Shown here one piece after another: positions 8,666 through 18,962 of a DNA stretch of 64,000 nt. Under the pieces are notes generated by a model. The model made no database searches. It saw nothing but the letters and a program-made list of their open reading frames with translations, and was not told where the DNA came from. How positions within the stretch are numbered: the first letter of the stretch is position 1; each line of letters opens with the position of its first letter. Source of the DNA: Alphaproteobacteria bacterium (GTDB taxonomy: Bacteria > Pseudomonadota > Alphaproteobacteria > MPNO01 > UBA830); the NCBI GenBank assembly GCA_965243135.1, contig OZ251539.1, positions 5,312,001 to 5,376,000 of the forward strand. Reading direction: 5' to 3'. The translations under genes were made by a program, and so were the position numbers.

Positions 8666-10134
8666 TGACCGAACTCGCCGGAACCGGCGTCGCCGGCGCG
8701 CGCCGCCTGCTCGGCGGGGGCGAAGCCTCGGCGCGCGAACTCGCCGAGGCCCATATCGTCCGCATGGAAGCGCGCCGCTCGCTCAACGCCTTCATCACGG
8801 AAACCCCCGAACGGGCGCTCGCCGACGCCGAAGCCTCCGACGTGCGGCGGGCGCGAGGCGACCCGCTCGGCCCGCTCGACGGCGTTCCGGTCGCGGTCAA
8901 GGACGTCTTCTGCACCGAGGGCGTCACGACCACCGCGGGTTCGCGCATCCTCGAAGGCTTCGTGCCGCCCTACGAAAGCGCGGTCACCGAGCGTCTCCGC
9001 GCCGCCGGCGCCGTTGTCCTCGGGAAGACCAACATGGACGAATTCGCCATGGGATCTTCCAACGAGACCAGCTGGTTCGGCGCCGCGCGAAATCCCTGGA
9101 GCCGCCGCGGCGACGACCGGCCGCTGGTCCCGGGAGGCTCCTCCGGCGGGTCCGCGGCGGCGGTCGCCGGCGGACTCTGCGCCGCCGCCGCGGGAACCGA
9201 CACCGGCGGGTCGATCCGCCAGCCCGCGGCCTTCTGCGGCGTCGTCGGCATGAAGCCCACCTACGGACGGTGCTCGCGCCGAGGCATCGTCGCCTTCGCC
9301 TCGTCGCTCGACCAGGCGGGCCCCATCGCCCGCAGCGTGCGCGACGCGGCGATCGTGCTGGGCGGCATGGCGGGGTTCGATCCCGGAGACTCCACCTCTG
9401 CGGACGTTCCGGCGCCGGATTTCGAGGCGGCGCTCGACGGCGGCGTGAAGGGGCTCAAAATCGGCGTCCCTGCGGAATACGCCGTCGAGGGGATGAACCC
9501 GGAGATCGCCGCGCTCTGGGAACGCGGCAGGGAATGGCTGGCGGCGGCGGGCGCCGAACCGGTCGACATCCGCCTGCCCCACACCCGCTTCGCCCTGCCG
9601 GCCTATTACATCGTCGCGCCGGCGGAAGCGTCGTCCAACCTGGCGCGCTACGACGGCGTCAGGTACGGGCTCCGCGAGAACGCGGCCGACGTCGCCGGAC
9701 TGTACGCGAAGACCCGCGCGGCCGGCTTCGGCGCGGAGGTCCGGCGGCGCATCCTGATCGGAACCTACGTCCTGTCGACCGGCTACTACGACGCCTATTA
9801 CCTGAAGGCGCAGAAGGTTCGGACGCTGATCGCCGGGGATTTCGCGGCGGCCTTCGAGAACTGCGACGCGATTCTGACGCCGACCACGCCGGGACCGGCC
9901 TTCGCGATGGGCGAGAAGTCGGACGATCCCGTCGCGATGTATCTGAACGACGTGCTGACGGTGCCGGCGTCCCTTGCGGGACTGCCCGCGATCTCCGTTC
10001 CGGCCGCATTGACCGGCGACGGGTTGCCGCTCGGCCTTCAGCTGATCGGCCGCGCTTTCGACGAGACGACCTTGTTCCGCGCCGCGCAGGCGCTCGAGGA
10101 GGCCGCCGGCTTCGACGCCCGGCCGGAGAAATGA
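8665..10134 (+). CDS. gatA: Glutamyl-tRNA amidotransferase subunit A
   Basis: Amidase signature [32 protein letters not shown] start overlaps the gatC stop. Confidence 0.97.
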   Translation: MTELAGTGVAGARRLLGGGEASARELAEAHIVRMEARRSLNAFITETPERALADAEASDVRRARGDPLGPLDGVPVAVKDVFCTEGVTTTAGSRILEGFVPPYESAVTERLRAAGAVVLGKTNMDEFAMGSSNETSWFGAARNPWSRRGDDRPLVPGGSSGGSAAAVAGGLCAAAAGTDTGGSIRQPAAFCGVVGMKPTYGRCSRRGIVAFASSLDQAGPIARSVRDAAIVLGGMAGFDPGDSTSADVPAPDFEAALDGGVKGLKIGVPAEYAVEGMNPEIAALWERGREWLAAAGAEPVDIRLPHTRFALPAYYIVAPAEASSNLARYDGVRYGLRENAADVAGLYAKTRAAGFGAEVRRRILIGTYVLSTGYYDAYYLKAQKVRTLIAGDFAAAFENCDAILTPTTPGPAFAMGEKSDDPVAMYLNDVLTVPASLAGLPAISVPAALTGDGLPLGLQLIGRAFDETTLFRAAQALEEAAGFDARPEK

Positions 10135-10164
10135 CCCGGCGGCCGGCCCGCCGCGGGATCCGTC

Positions 10165-10467
10165 ATGGCGTTCGTCTGGTATTTTCTGATCCATGTCAGT
10201 CTCGGCCTCGTCGGCTGGAAGGTGTTCGCCTTCACCGGTCCGGGCGTTCTCGTCGCGGTCGCCGTCTGCGCCGGGGTGCAGGCGTGGCCGATGTACGAGA
10301 TATACCGCCTCAGCTGGCAAAAATTCGAAAGCGCGCGGCCGGCCCGCGGCGAGGCGCGCCTGCGGGAAACCCGCGCCTACTGGATCCGCATGGCCCGGCT
10401 TTACGTCTTCCGGGTCAGCGCCTTCTCGCTGCTGACGCTGTTCGTCGCATGGCTGATGCGGAGCTGA
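10165..10467 (+). CDS. Small membrane protein inside the gat operon
   Basis: 100-aa ORF with about three hydrophobic helices filling the gatA-gatB gap. Confidence 0.65.
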   Translation: MAFVWYFLIHVSLGLVGWKVFAFTGPGVLVAVAVCAGVQAWPMYEIYRLSWQKFESARPARGEARLRETRAYWIRMARLYVFRVSAFSLLTLFVAWLMRS

Positions 10468-10495
10468 CGCCGCCCGCCCGCCCGGGGAACGAAAG

Positions 10496-11929
10496 ATGAT
10501 CCGGGGGAGAACGGGAGACTGGGAAGTCGTCGTCGGTCTGGAAGTGCATGCCCAGATCGCGTCGGAGTCCAAGCTCTTCTCCGGAGCGCCGACCGCGTTC
10601 GGCGGCGAGCCCAACGCGCAGGTCTCGTTGGTGGACGCGGCGATGCCCGGCATGCTTCCGGTGGTCAACGGGCGCGCCGTCGAGCTGGCGGTGCGCGCCG
10701 GGCTCGGCCTGAACGCCGAGATCAATCTCGTGTCGGTCTTCGACCGCAAGAATTACTTCTACCCCGATCTGCCGCAGGGCTATCAGATTTCGCAGTATCA
10801 CCGCCCGATCGTCGGAGCCGGCTGGATCGATCTCGACGGCGGCCGGCGGGTGGGCGTCGAGCGGCTGCATCTCGAGCAGGACGCGGGCAAGTCGGTTCAC
10901 GACCAAGATCCGCGGCGGACCCTGATCGACCTCAACCGGTCCGGCATTCCCCTGATGGAGATCGTGACCGCTCCCGACATGCGTTCCGGCGCGGAGGCGG
11001 CCGCCTGCGTGGCGAAGCTGCGTTCGATCCTGCGCTATCTCGGCGCCTGCGACGGCAACATGCAGGAGGGATCCCTGCGGGCCGACGTCAACGTGTCGAC
11101 GCGCCGTCTCGGCGACGCGCTCGGCACGCGCTGCGAGATCAAGAACGTGAATTCCGTCCGCTTCGTCCGGCTCGCGGCTGAGTTCGAGGCGCGCCGCCAG
11201 GTCGCGATTCTCGAGGACGGCGGCGTTGTCGAACAGGAAACCAGGCTGTTCGATCCCGACCGCGGCGAGACCCGGTCCATGCGCGTCAAGGAAGACGCCC
11301 ACGACTACCGGTACTTTCCCGATCCCGACTTGCCGCCGCTGGTGCTGGAACGGGAATGGGTCGAGGAAATCCGCGCCGCGTTGCCCGAACTGCCGGACGA
11401 GAAGAAGCGCCGCTTCGTCGAACGGTACGGGTTGAGCGCCGAGGACGCCGGCCTGCTCGCGGCGGAACGGGAAACGGCCGACTACTACGAGGCGGCGACG
11501 AAAGGGCGCGATCCCGCGGTCGCGGCGAACTGGGTGACGGGAACCCTGTTCGGCGCGCTCAACCGCGCCGGGGTCTCCGTCCGGGAAACGCCGGTCCCGC
11601 CCGAGCGCCTCGGCGCGCTGATCGACCTGGTGACCGACGGCACGGTGTCGAACCGCCTCGCGAAGGACGTGTTCGAGATCATGTTCGAGACCGGCGGCGA
11701 TCCGGCGCGGATCGTCGCGGAACGCGGCATGGTCCAGGTCAGCGACGCCGGCGCCATCGAGCAGGTCGTCGACGAAATCGTCGCCGGAGCGCCGGAACAG
11801 GCGGCGCAGTTCCGGGCGGGAAACGAAAAAGTGATCGGATGGTTCGTCGGTCAGGCGATGAAGGCGACCGGCGGCAAGGCCAATCCGAAGGTGGTGAACG
11901 GCATATTGCGGCGGAAGCTCGCGGGCTGA
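10496..11929 (+). CDS. gatB: Asp/Glu-tRNA amidotransferase subunit B
   Basis: [39 protein letters not shown]. Confidence 0.97.
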   Translation: MIRGRTGDWEVVVGLEVHAQIASESKLFSGAPTAFGGEPNAQVSLVDAAMPGMLPVVNGRAVELAVRAGLGLNAEINLVSVFDRKNYFYPDLPQGYQISQYHRPIVGAGWIDLDGGRRVGVERLHLEQDAGKSVHDQDPRRTLIDLNRSGIPLMEIVTAPDMRSGAEAAACVAKLRSILRYLGACDGNMQEGSLRADVNVSTRRLGDALGTRCEIKNVNSVRFVRLAAEFEARRQVAILEDGGVVEQETRLFDPDRGETRSMRVKEDAHDYRYFPDPDLPPLVLEREWVEEIRAALPELPDEKKRRFVERYGLSAEDAGLLAAERETADYYEAATKGRDPAVAANWVTGTLFGALNRAGVSVRETPVPPERLGALIDLVTDGTVSNRLAKDVFEIMFETGGDPARIVAERGMVQVSDAGAIEQVVDEIVAGAPEQAAQFRAGNEKVIGWFVGQAMKATGGKANPKVVNGILRRKLAG

Positions 11930-12014
11930 GAACGGACGGAATTCCGCCCGGCCGGGAAACGCGATAGATTGCCGTCTTGCGGACGCACGACAACCAACGC
12001 AGGGAAGCGCGAAC

Positions 12015-12740
12015 ATGCTCGACGTATACACGTGGCCCACGCCCAACGGGCACAAGGTGCACATCATGCTCCACGAGGCCGGACTGGAGCACAACATCGT
12101 TCCGGTCAACATCCAGGAAGGCGAGCAGTTCGCGCCGGATTTCCTGAAGATCAGCCCCAACAACAAGATGCCGGCGCTCGTCGATAGCGACGGGCCGGGC
12201 GGGCAGCCGATCTCCGTGTTCGAATCCGCGGCGATCCTTATCTATCTGGCGGAAAAGACCGGCCGGTTCCTGCCTCGCGACGGAAGCGGGCGCTACGACG
12301 TCCTGCAGTGGCTCATGTTCCAGATGGGATCCGTCGGACCGATGCTGGGACAGGCCCATCATTTCCACGCCTACGCCCCGGAACGCGTCGAACGCGGCAA
12401 GCTTCAGTACGGAATCGACCGCTACGTCAACGAAGCCAATCGAATCTACGGCGTCGTCGACCGGCGGCTCGCCGACAGGGAATGGATCGCGGCCGGCGAA
12501 TACACCATAGCCGACATGGCCATCATGCCGTGGCTTCGGGATCCGGCGAAGCAGGGAGTCGAGATTTCGGGATATCCCAACCTCCGGCGCTGGCGCGACC
12601 GGATATGGGAGCGCCCGGCGGTCGCCGCCGCCCTGGAAACGCTCAGCGATCGCCGCCGCAAGGACAACACGCACTCGGACAAGGCTTGGGAGATCATGTA
12701 CGGCAAGACCCAGGTCGGGCAGGGGCAGGCGGCGGAATAG
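12015..12740 (+). CDS. Glutathione S-transferase, YfcG/YghU-like
   Basis: TPNGHK, ISPNNKMPA, FESAAIL, QWLMFQM, YTIADMA. Confidence 0.9.
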   Translation: MLDVYTWPTPNGHKVHIMLHEAGLEHNIVPVNIQEGEQFAPDFLKISPNNKMPALVDSDGPGGQPISVFESAAILIYLAEKTGRFLPRDGSGRYDVLQWLMFQMGSVGPMLGQAHHFHAYAPERVERGKLQYGIDRYVNEANRIYGVVDRRLADREWIAAGEYTIADMAIMPWLRDPAKQGVEISGYPNLRRWRDRIWERPAVAAALETLSDRRRKDNTHSDKAWEIMYGKTQVGQGQAAE

Positions 12741-12843
12741 CCGCCGCCGTCCCGCTTTCCGGCCGGCGCGCCGGCGCGTCCCGCCTCGGTCCCGTGGCCG
12801 GCTTCGCCGCGCTTCAACCGAACGAACCTTGAAGGAAGACGAA

Positions 12844-13470
12844 ATGATCGATCTATACAACTGGCATACCTCGAACGGGCGAAAGCTGTTCGTCATGCTC
12901 GAGGAACTCGGCGCGGAATACCGGACGCACGCCGTCAACATCATGAAGAACGAGCAGTTCGCGCCGGAATTCCTGGCCATCAATCCCAACGGCAAGATCC
13001 CGGCGATGATCGACCAAGACGGTCCGGGCGGAGAGCCCTTCGCGCTGTTCGAGTCGGGCGCCATGCTCATGTATCTCGCCGACAAGCACGGCAGGTTCAT
13101 CCCGCCGGTCGAGGACGCCCGGAACCGCCACGTCGTCATCCAGTGGCTGATGTTTCAGATGGGCGGAATCGGTCCGATGTTCGGTCAGGCGCATCATTTC
13201 CGCCGGGCCGACACGAAGGTCGAGTACGGCATCGAGCGCTACACGAAAGAGACGCGGCGGCTGTGGGGCGTGCTCGACGCGCACCTCGCCGGCAACGAGT
13301 GGATGCACGGGGATTATTCCATCGCCGACATGGCGATCTTTCCGTGGACGGCGCGCCACGAGTGGCAGGGAATCGCGCTCGGCGAATTTCCCAACGTCCG
13401 GCGGTGGTACGAAACGATTGCCGCGCGGCCTGCGGTCGCCAAGGCGATGGCGATCAATCTCGCGGCCTGA
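12844..13470 (+). CDS. Glutathione S-transferase, YfcG-like paralogue
   Basis: TSNGRK, INPNGKIPA, FESGAML, YSIADMA. Confidence 0.9.
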   Translation: MIDLYNWHTSNGRKLFVMLEELGAEYRTHAVNIMKNEQFAPEFLAINPNGKIPAMIDQDGPGGEPFALFESGAMLMYLADKHGRFIPPVEDARNRHVVIQWLMFQMGGIGPMFGQAHHFRRADTKVEYGIERYTKETRRLWGVLDAHLAGNEWMHGDYSIADMAIFPWTARHEWQGIALGEFPNVRRWYETIAARPAVAKAMAINLAA

Positions 13471-13517
13471 AAACGGCCGCCCTCACGGCTGGGCCGCGCT
13501 GCGGAGGAGGAACGGCG

Positions 13518-15218
13518 ATGAAGAACGTTCAGGACGGCGGCGAAGCGATTCTGGAGGCGTTTCGGCGGCTCGGCGTCGACTACGTCATGGCCTCGCCGGG
13601 CTCCGAATGGGGCGCCGTGTGGGAAGCCTTCGCCCGCCAGGACGCGGCCGCCGCGGCGGGGCCGGCCTATCTGAGTTGCGCGCACGAAACTCTCGCGGTC
13701 AATCTGGCGATGGGATACACGCTGATGACCGGACGCATGCAGGCCGTGATGCTGCACACCGGCGTCGGACTTCTGCAAGGTTCGATCGGCATCGACGCGG
13801 CGAACCGTCAGGCCGTCCCGATGGTGGTCGTTTCCGGCGAGTCGTTGACCTACGGCGAGCAGGACGGCTTCAATCCCGGCCCGCAATGGCAGGGAGTTCT
13901 CAGCGTCGTCGGCGGGCCGCACAAGCTGGTCGATTCCATTTCGAAATGGTCGCATCCGGTCAGCAGTCCGCACACGCTGCACGAGCAACTCGTCCGCGCC
14001 GGCGAAATGGCGCAGCGTTCGCCGGCCGGCCCGATCTTCATGTCGGTGCCGATCGAAACCATGCTGCATGAATGGACGCCGCCGCAGGATCCCCGCAAGG
14101 TGCCGTCCGCGCCGCGGCCTCAGGCTCCCGAAGAGGACGTCGACCGCGTCGCCGGGCTGCTCGTGGCGAGCGAAGCGCCCGTCATCGTGGCCGAATCGAT
14201 CGGCCGCGACCCCGAGGGTTACGAGGCGCTCGTCTCCCTGGCGGAACTGCTCGCCATCCCGGTCTACGATTCTTCCTGGATGGATTTCACGAATTTCCCC
14301 AAGGAGCATCCCCTGTACCAGGGGGTCGGCCAGCCCGAGAATCTGCACGAAGCCGACCTCGTGCTCACGCTGCGGTCGCGGGCGCCTTGGTGGCCGCCCG
14401 GCAACCGCCCGCGAAGGGCGACCGTGGTCAACATCGACGAAACGCCGTTTCGCTCCCATATGGTGCACCAGAACCTGCAGGCCGACGTCTTCCTCGAAGG
14501 GGATGCGCCGGCGACCCTGCGCGGGTTGATCGGCAAGGCGCGGGAAAAGGGCGTGGACGCAGCCGCCGTCGCCGCCCGGCGCGACCGCTGGTCCCGAGCG
14601 CACGACGCGCTCGCGGCGGCCCGCGAGGCGAAGGCGGAGGAAGCGCAACGGCAGGAAACGATAAGTCCGGTCGGGCTTTGCGCGGCGCTGAGCCGCGCGT
14701 TGCCGGACGACGCGGTCTACATCGAGGAAACGATCACGCACCGCAGAACCCTCGTCGAGCATCTCGCGTACAGGGGGCCGTTGAGCTTTTTCAGCCTGGC
14801 GTCCGGCGGTCTCGGGCAGGGGCTCGGGCTCGCTCTCGGCGCCAAGCTGGCGCTGAAGGAACGTCCGGTCGTATCGGTGATCGGCGACGGTTCGTTCATG
14901 TACAACCCCGTGACGCAGAGCCTCGCGCTCTCCCGTCACGAGGAACTGCCCGTGATGATCGTCATCTTCAACAACGGCGGATATTCGGCGATGCGCAAGG
15001 AGCATCACGCCTTCTATCCCGACGGCGTCGCGGCGGCCGCGAACAGTTCCCACGGTCATCGCATCACGGAGTTCGATTACGCGGAACTCGCGCGGCCGTT
15101 CGGGTTTCACGGACGGCGGGTCGAGAAGACGGCGGAGCTGGCGCCGGCTTTGGAAGAAGGGCTGGCCGCGGTAGAAGAGGGCCGCACCTCGATTCTCAAC
15201 GTCGTTCTGGACGAATAG
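13518..15218 (+). CDS. Thiamine pyrophosphate-dependent enzyme (acetolactate synthase-like superfamily)
   Basis: GGAGGAGG RBS, catalytic HE, GDGS...NN TPP-binding motif. Confidence 0.9.
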   Translation: MKNVQDGGEAILEAFRRLGVDYVMASPGSEWGAVWEAFARQDAAAAAGPAYLSCAHETLAVNLAMGYTLMTGRMQAVMLHTGVGLLQGSIGIDAANRQAVPMVVVSGESLTYGEQDGFNPGPQWQGVLSVVGGPHKLVDSISKWSHPVSSPHTLHEQLVRAGEMAQRSPAGPIFMSVPIETMLHEWTPPQDPRKVPSAPRPQAPEEDVDRVAGLLVASEAPVIVAESIGRDPEGYEALVSLAELLAIPVYDSSWMDFTNFPKEHPLYQGVGQPENLHEADLVLTLRSRAPWWPPGNRPRRATVVNIDETPFRSHMVHQNLQADVFLEGDAPATLRGLIGKAREKGVDAAAVAARRDRWSRAHDALAAAREAKAEEAQRQETISPVGLCAALSRALPDDAVYIEETITHRRTLVEHLAYRGPLSFFSLASGGLGQGLGLALGAKLALKERPVVSVIGDGSFMYNPVTQSLALSRHEELPVMIVIFNNGGYSAMRKEHHAFYPDGVAAAANSSHGHRITEFDYAELARPFGFHGRRVEKTAELAPALEEGLAAVEEGRTSILNVVLDE

Positions 15219-15252
15219 CTTTCCGGGCATTGACGCAACGGGTGGAACGGCC
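14548..15252 (+). repeat. Copy 1 of a ~0.7-kb direct duplication (copy 2 at 16801-17481)
   Basis: Colinear, highly similar DNA from AGGGCGTGGACGCAGCCGCC to GGTGGAACGGCC. Confidence 0.9.
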
Positions 15253-15254
15253 AG

Positions 15255-15350
15255 TGCTTTACCCCTATCGACTCCGATCCGCCGCCGCGATTGCGCGAAG
15301 ATGGGCTCGCGGTCTACGGCTTCGGCGAGCGGAAGAGCCCGAAAGCGGAT
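15255..15350 (+). pseudogene. NYN/LabA-domain gene fragment
   Basis: Encodes RLREDGLAVYGFGERKSPKA. Confidence 0.55.
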
Positions 15351-15553
15351 CGCCGCGCCGCGGCTGGCGAAGCAGGAATCTTCGAGAAAGGCCGTGAAGC
15401 ATTGCGATCATGCCCGGCGATGGCAGCGCATAGCGGTTGAATGCGGCGGACGCGGTGCTCCTGACGATTCGTCGGGGCGAGCTTGAACATTCCGCTGTTT
15501 GTTCCTATAATTAAATGCAGTGCATCTGAGAGACGGCCTTTCGGGATAAGGAG

Positions 15554-15844
15554 ATGATTCGCATAGGCATTCTGGTCTGCTTGGCCGTGTGCGTTTCGAT
15601 TGCCGCAAAAGCAGAATCGACAGTAAATCAAAATGCGGGAATATACGCTAAAGAACAGGATCTCGTGCAGAGCTTCAAGAACTGCATTGAAGACGGAAAA
15701 TCCTGGAAAATCTGTAACGATGAGGTCTTGGGGAAAAGTCGGTTGCAATTATTGTCGGCGGGAAAGAAATTACCTTCAGGGGGAAGCGTTTGGGGACCGT
15801 CCGGATTTGAAGTCTTTCTGGAGAGCTTGAGGGTGAATCGATAG
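15554..15844 (+). CDS. Small secreted hypothetical protein, low GC
   Basis: AAGGAG RBS, signal peptide ending AKA, two Cys in the mature part. Confidence 0.7.
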   Translation: MIRIGILVCLAVCVSIAAKAESTVNQNAGIYAKEQDLVQSFKNCIEDGKSWKICNDEVLGKSRLQLLSAGKKLPSGGSVWGPSGFEVFLESLRVNR

Positions 15845-16477
15845 TGAAAGCGGCGCGGTTCGAAAGCGTTGTTCGGTTGGGACTAGTTGCAGTTTTTGCG
15901 GCTGCATAGCAGTGGGTTGGTTGACAGGATTAAGCGGCCCTGATCCTACGGTGCTCGCATCAATGCTTCCGGTAGGGATTTCGGCTGCCGATACGGCTAT
16001 AAAGATGCAGAATGGCAGATTCGTCGGACGAGAGAATTGCGTTCTATTGAGTTTGAGCGTGTTGATTTTCTGCGGATAATTTTATCATGGAACGGAAAAG
16101 GGCCGTAATGATAGAGATGTGGGGGCAGAGCGGACGAGTGCCAAAGCGGTGATTCTTCGTGAAATCTATTTGCGCGAGTGCTCCGAGACGGAAGCGCGCG
16201 TTAATTTGCTGTGTAACTAACCCGAGCTGCCGGCCGCACGAAACCGTTCCGCGAATCGAAGACTTTTTCGCGGCGGCGTTTGCCGTTCGAGAATTCGGGG
16301 ACGTGACGCTGAGGGCTGCCCCGTATAGCCCTGTCTTCGCGCCGCGACGCCCGAACGCGGAACGGTCATTTGGGCGAGCGGCGCGAGGCCGGGAGAACCA
16401 CCCCCAAAGTTACATGCTACGGGGTGAACAGGCACCGAATTCATGAGAGTTTGTTCTGGGAAAAGGATTCCCGCGGT

Positions 16478-16800
16478 CAGGCGACGTCCAGCGCCCGATT
16501 TTCGTTCGAGGCATGCGTTCCGGTCATCGCTCGCCGTGCCGAAGCGGCCCGACATCGCCCTGAAGGTAAGGACGTTCTGACCGCCTTCGACGCTCCGGCG
16601 CTGGCCCGCCCGTTTCATGCGCTGGTTGACCAGCACCTTGTTGGCGGCCTCCACGACGCCCGACCCAACCGGGTAACCTTTGGCCTTGAGGCTCGCGTAG
16701 CGCACCCTTGTTCTTACGGAAGAATGCAAGCTCGCGGTCAAGAATCTTGAGCGCCGGTCGCCTTGTCGCGGAGAGCGCCCGGACGACCTTGCGCGGCGAC
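16478..16800 (-). pseudogene. ISKra4/ISLre2-like transposase C-terminal remnant
   Basis: RVRYASLKAKGYPVGSGVVEAANKVLVNQRMKRAGQRRSVEGGQNVL, frameshifted. Confidence 0.75.
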
Positions 16801-17447
16801 AGGGCGTGGACGCAGCCGCCGCCCGGTGCGACCGCCGGTTCCGAGCCCACGACGCGGTCGCAGCGGCCCGCGGGGCGAAGGCGGAAGAAGCGCAACGGCA
16901 GGAAACGATAAGCCCGGTCGGGCTCTGCGCCGCACGTTGCCGGACGATGCGGTCTACATCGAGGAAACGATTACGCACAGCGGAACCCTTGTCGAGCATC
17001 ACGCGTACGGGGGCCGTTAGGCTTTTTCAGCTCGGCGTCCGGCGGCCTCGGACAGGGCTCGGGCGCGGCTTCGGCACCAAGCTGGCGCTGAAGGAACGTC
17101 CGGTCGGTGATCGGCGACGGTTCGTTCATGTACAGTCCCGTGACGCAAAGCCTCGCGTTCCCCGTCACGGGGAGCTGCCCGTGATGGTCGTGATCTTCAA
17201 CAACGGTGGATATTCGGCGATGCGCAAGGAGCATCACGCGCTCTACCCCGACGGCGTCGCGGCGGCCGCGAACAGTTCCCACGGTCATCGCATCACGGAG
17301 TTCGATTGTGCGGAACTCGTACGGCCGTTCGAGTTTCACGGATGGCGGGTCGAGAAGACGGCGGAGCTGGCGTCGGCCTTGGAAGAAATGCCGGCTGCGG
17401 TGGAAGAGGGCCGCACCTCGATTCTCAACGTCGTTCTGGACGAATAA
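16801..17447 (+). pseudogene. Frameshifted duplicate of the 3' third of the TPP-enzyme gene
   Basis: Same C-terminus (RTSILNVVLDE), several indels, and the GDG motif is out of frame. Confidence 0.9.
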
Positions 17448-17458
17448 CTTTCCGGGCG

Positions 17459-17487
17459 TTGACGCAACGGGTGGAACGGCCTAGATT
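17459..17487 (+). promoter_or_regulatory. Sigma70 promoter for tRNA-Ser
   Basis: TTGACG-N17-TAGATT. Confidence 0.6.
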
Positions 17488-17524
17488 GCGCTTTGCATAC
17501 AGCGTGTCGAGTTCCACTCCCGGC

Positions 17525-17614
17525 GGAGAGATGGCCGAGTGGCTGAAGGCGCTGGTTTGCTAAATCAGTATGCGGGTGACCGTATCGTGGGTTCGAATCC
17601 CACTCTCTCCGCCA
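17525..17614 (+). tRNA. tRNA-Ser(GCT)
   Basis: GGAGAGATGGCCGAGTGG..., anticodon loop TTGCTAA, long variable arm, GTTCGAATCC, ending GCCA. Confidence 0.97.
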
Positions 17615-17865
17615 AATCTTGTATGTCGTGCGTCGGCGTTGAAATGGGGCGCAAGCCGAAAGGTGCCGTGGCGTTCGTGCGCGAGGCTGGCGGCCTCCGG
17701 CGGCCGGCCTTGAGTTCGCTCTTCATGGCAAGCCGCGTCGTCCAGTCCGTCAAGGCGGCGATCCCTGCTTCTCGTGCCGATGACTCGAAACAGCTGTCCG
17801 CTTGTGCCGATTCTGCCTGAAACCTGTATGGTCTCCGTCGATGATGGCAAGCGTGGAGGCAGGGA

Positions 17866-18933
17866 ATGGACGACGAGCGGGCGTCACGGAGGGCGGGTGC
17901 GCGAATAGTTGAGATGCCCGGCCGTTCGTCGCGAACGAATCGCGTTGTGCACCCCGGGGGCGTTATCGAATGCCGCGACGCCTTGGCGTGCTACGATAGC
18001 TGGCCTGAGCCGACCTGCATCGTCGTCGACGGGCCTTACGGGCTGGGGAAGTTTCCCGGCGAACCGAGGACTCCCGCCGGATTGGCCGAGTGGTATGCGC
18101 CGCACGCAGCGGCTTGGTCGAAGCGCGCTCGAACGGATGCCACGCTTTGGTTCTGGTGCACCGAGGTCGGCTGGGCGTTGGTTCATTCGGTACTCGAAAT
18201 GCATGGCTGGCAGTACGAGGAATGCTGCGTGTGGGACAAGGGCGTCGCTCATGTGGCCGGCAACTGCAACAGCAAGACCATTCGCGGCGTGCCCGTCGTG
18301 ACCGAAGTCACGGTACGCTACAGCAAGCGCAACCGGTTGCCCGTCGAAGACGGAAAAATGCTGAAGATCAAGGACTGGGTGCGTCATGAGTGGCTGCGCA
18401 GCGGACTTCCGATGTCTCGCGCCAACGAAGCTTGCGGCGTAGCGAACGCTGCGACGCGGAAGTATCTGACGCAATGTCACCTCTGGTATTTTCCGCCGCC
18501 CGAAGCGATCGTTCTTATGGCCGAATACTGCTTGCGGTACGGCAGACCTACCGAGCGGCCGTATTTCTCGATCGATGGACGCGCGCCGGTGACGGAAGAG
18601 GCGTGGACGCGCTTGCGGGCCAAGTGGCATCACGTTCATGGCGTAACCAATGTTTGGCGTGAACCTGCGGTGCACGGTCGTGAGCGAATACGCACGGGGG
18701 TGGGCTATCTGCACGCCAATCAGAAGCCTCTCGCTTTGATGAGCCGGCAGATCCTGGCCTCGACGGACGAAGGCGATGCCGTATGGGAACCTTTCGGCGG
18801 CTTGTGCTCGGCGTCGATTTCGGCGTTGCAAAACCGTCGCCGCTTCTTCGCCGCCGAAGTCAATCCGGCCTATTTCGCGGTGGCGGCGCAACGCTTGGCA
18901 GAGGCCGGGGAACGAACCGAACATGCAGCCTGA
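17866..18933 (+). CDS. Amino (m6A/m4C) DNA methyltransferase, beta-class motif order
   Basis: DGPY motif IV at the N-terminus; HANQKP and WEPFGG SAM-binding motif at the C-terminus. Confidence 0.9.
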   Translation: MDDERASRRAGARIVEMPGRSSRTNRVVHPGGVIECRDALACYDSWPEPTCIVVDGPYGLGKFPGEPRTPAGLAEWYAPHAAAWSKRARTDATLWFWCTEVGWALVHSVLEMHGWQYEECCVWDKGVAHVAGNCNSKTIRGVPVVTEVTVRYSKRNRLPVEDGKMLKIKDWVRHEWLRSGLPMSRANEACGVANAATRKYLTQCHLWYFPPPEAIVLMAEYCLRYGRPTERPYFSIDGRAPVTEEAWTRLRAKWHHVHGVTNVWREPAVHGRERIRTGVGYLHANQKPLALMSRQILASTDEGDAVWEPFGGLCSASISALQNRRRFFAAEVNPAYFAVAAQRLAEAGERTEHAA

Positions 18934-18962
18934 CGAACAGGACGTTCCCGCTTCGGGAATGG

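Noticed and set aside
16198-16226. Possible IS terminal repeat (reverse complement GGGTTAGTTACACAGCAAATTAACGCG) at the GC boundary
   Set aside because: No partner repeat or matching transposase found in the window.
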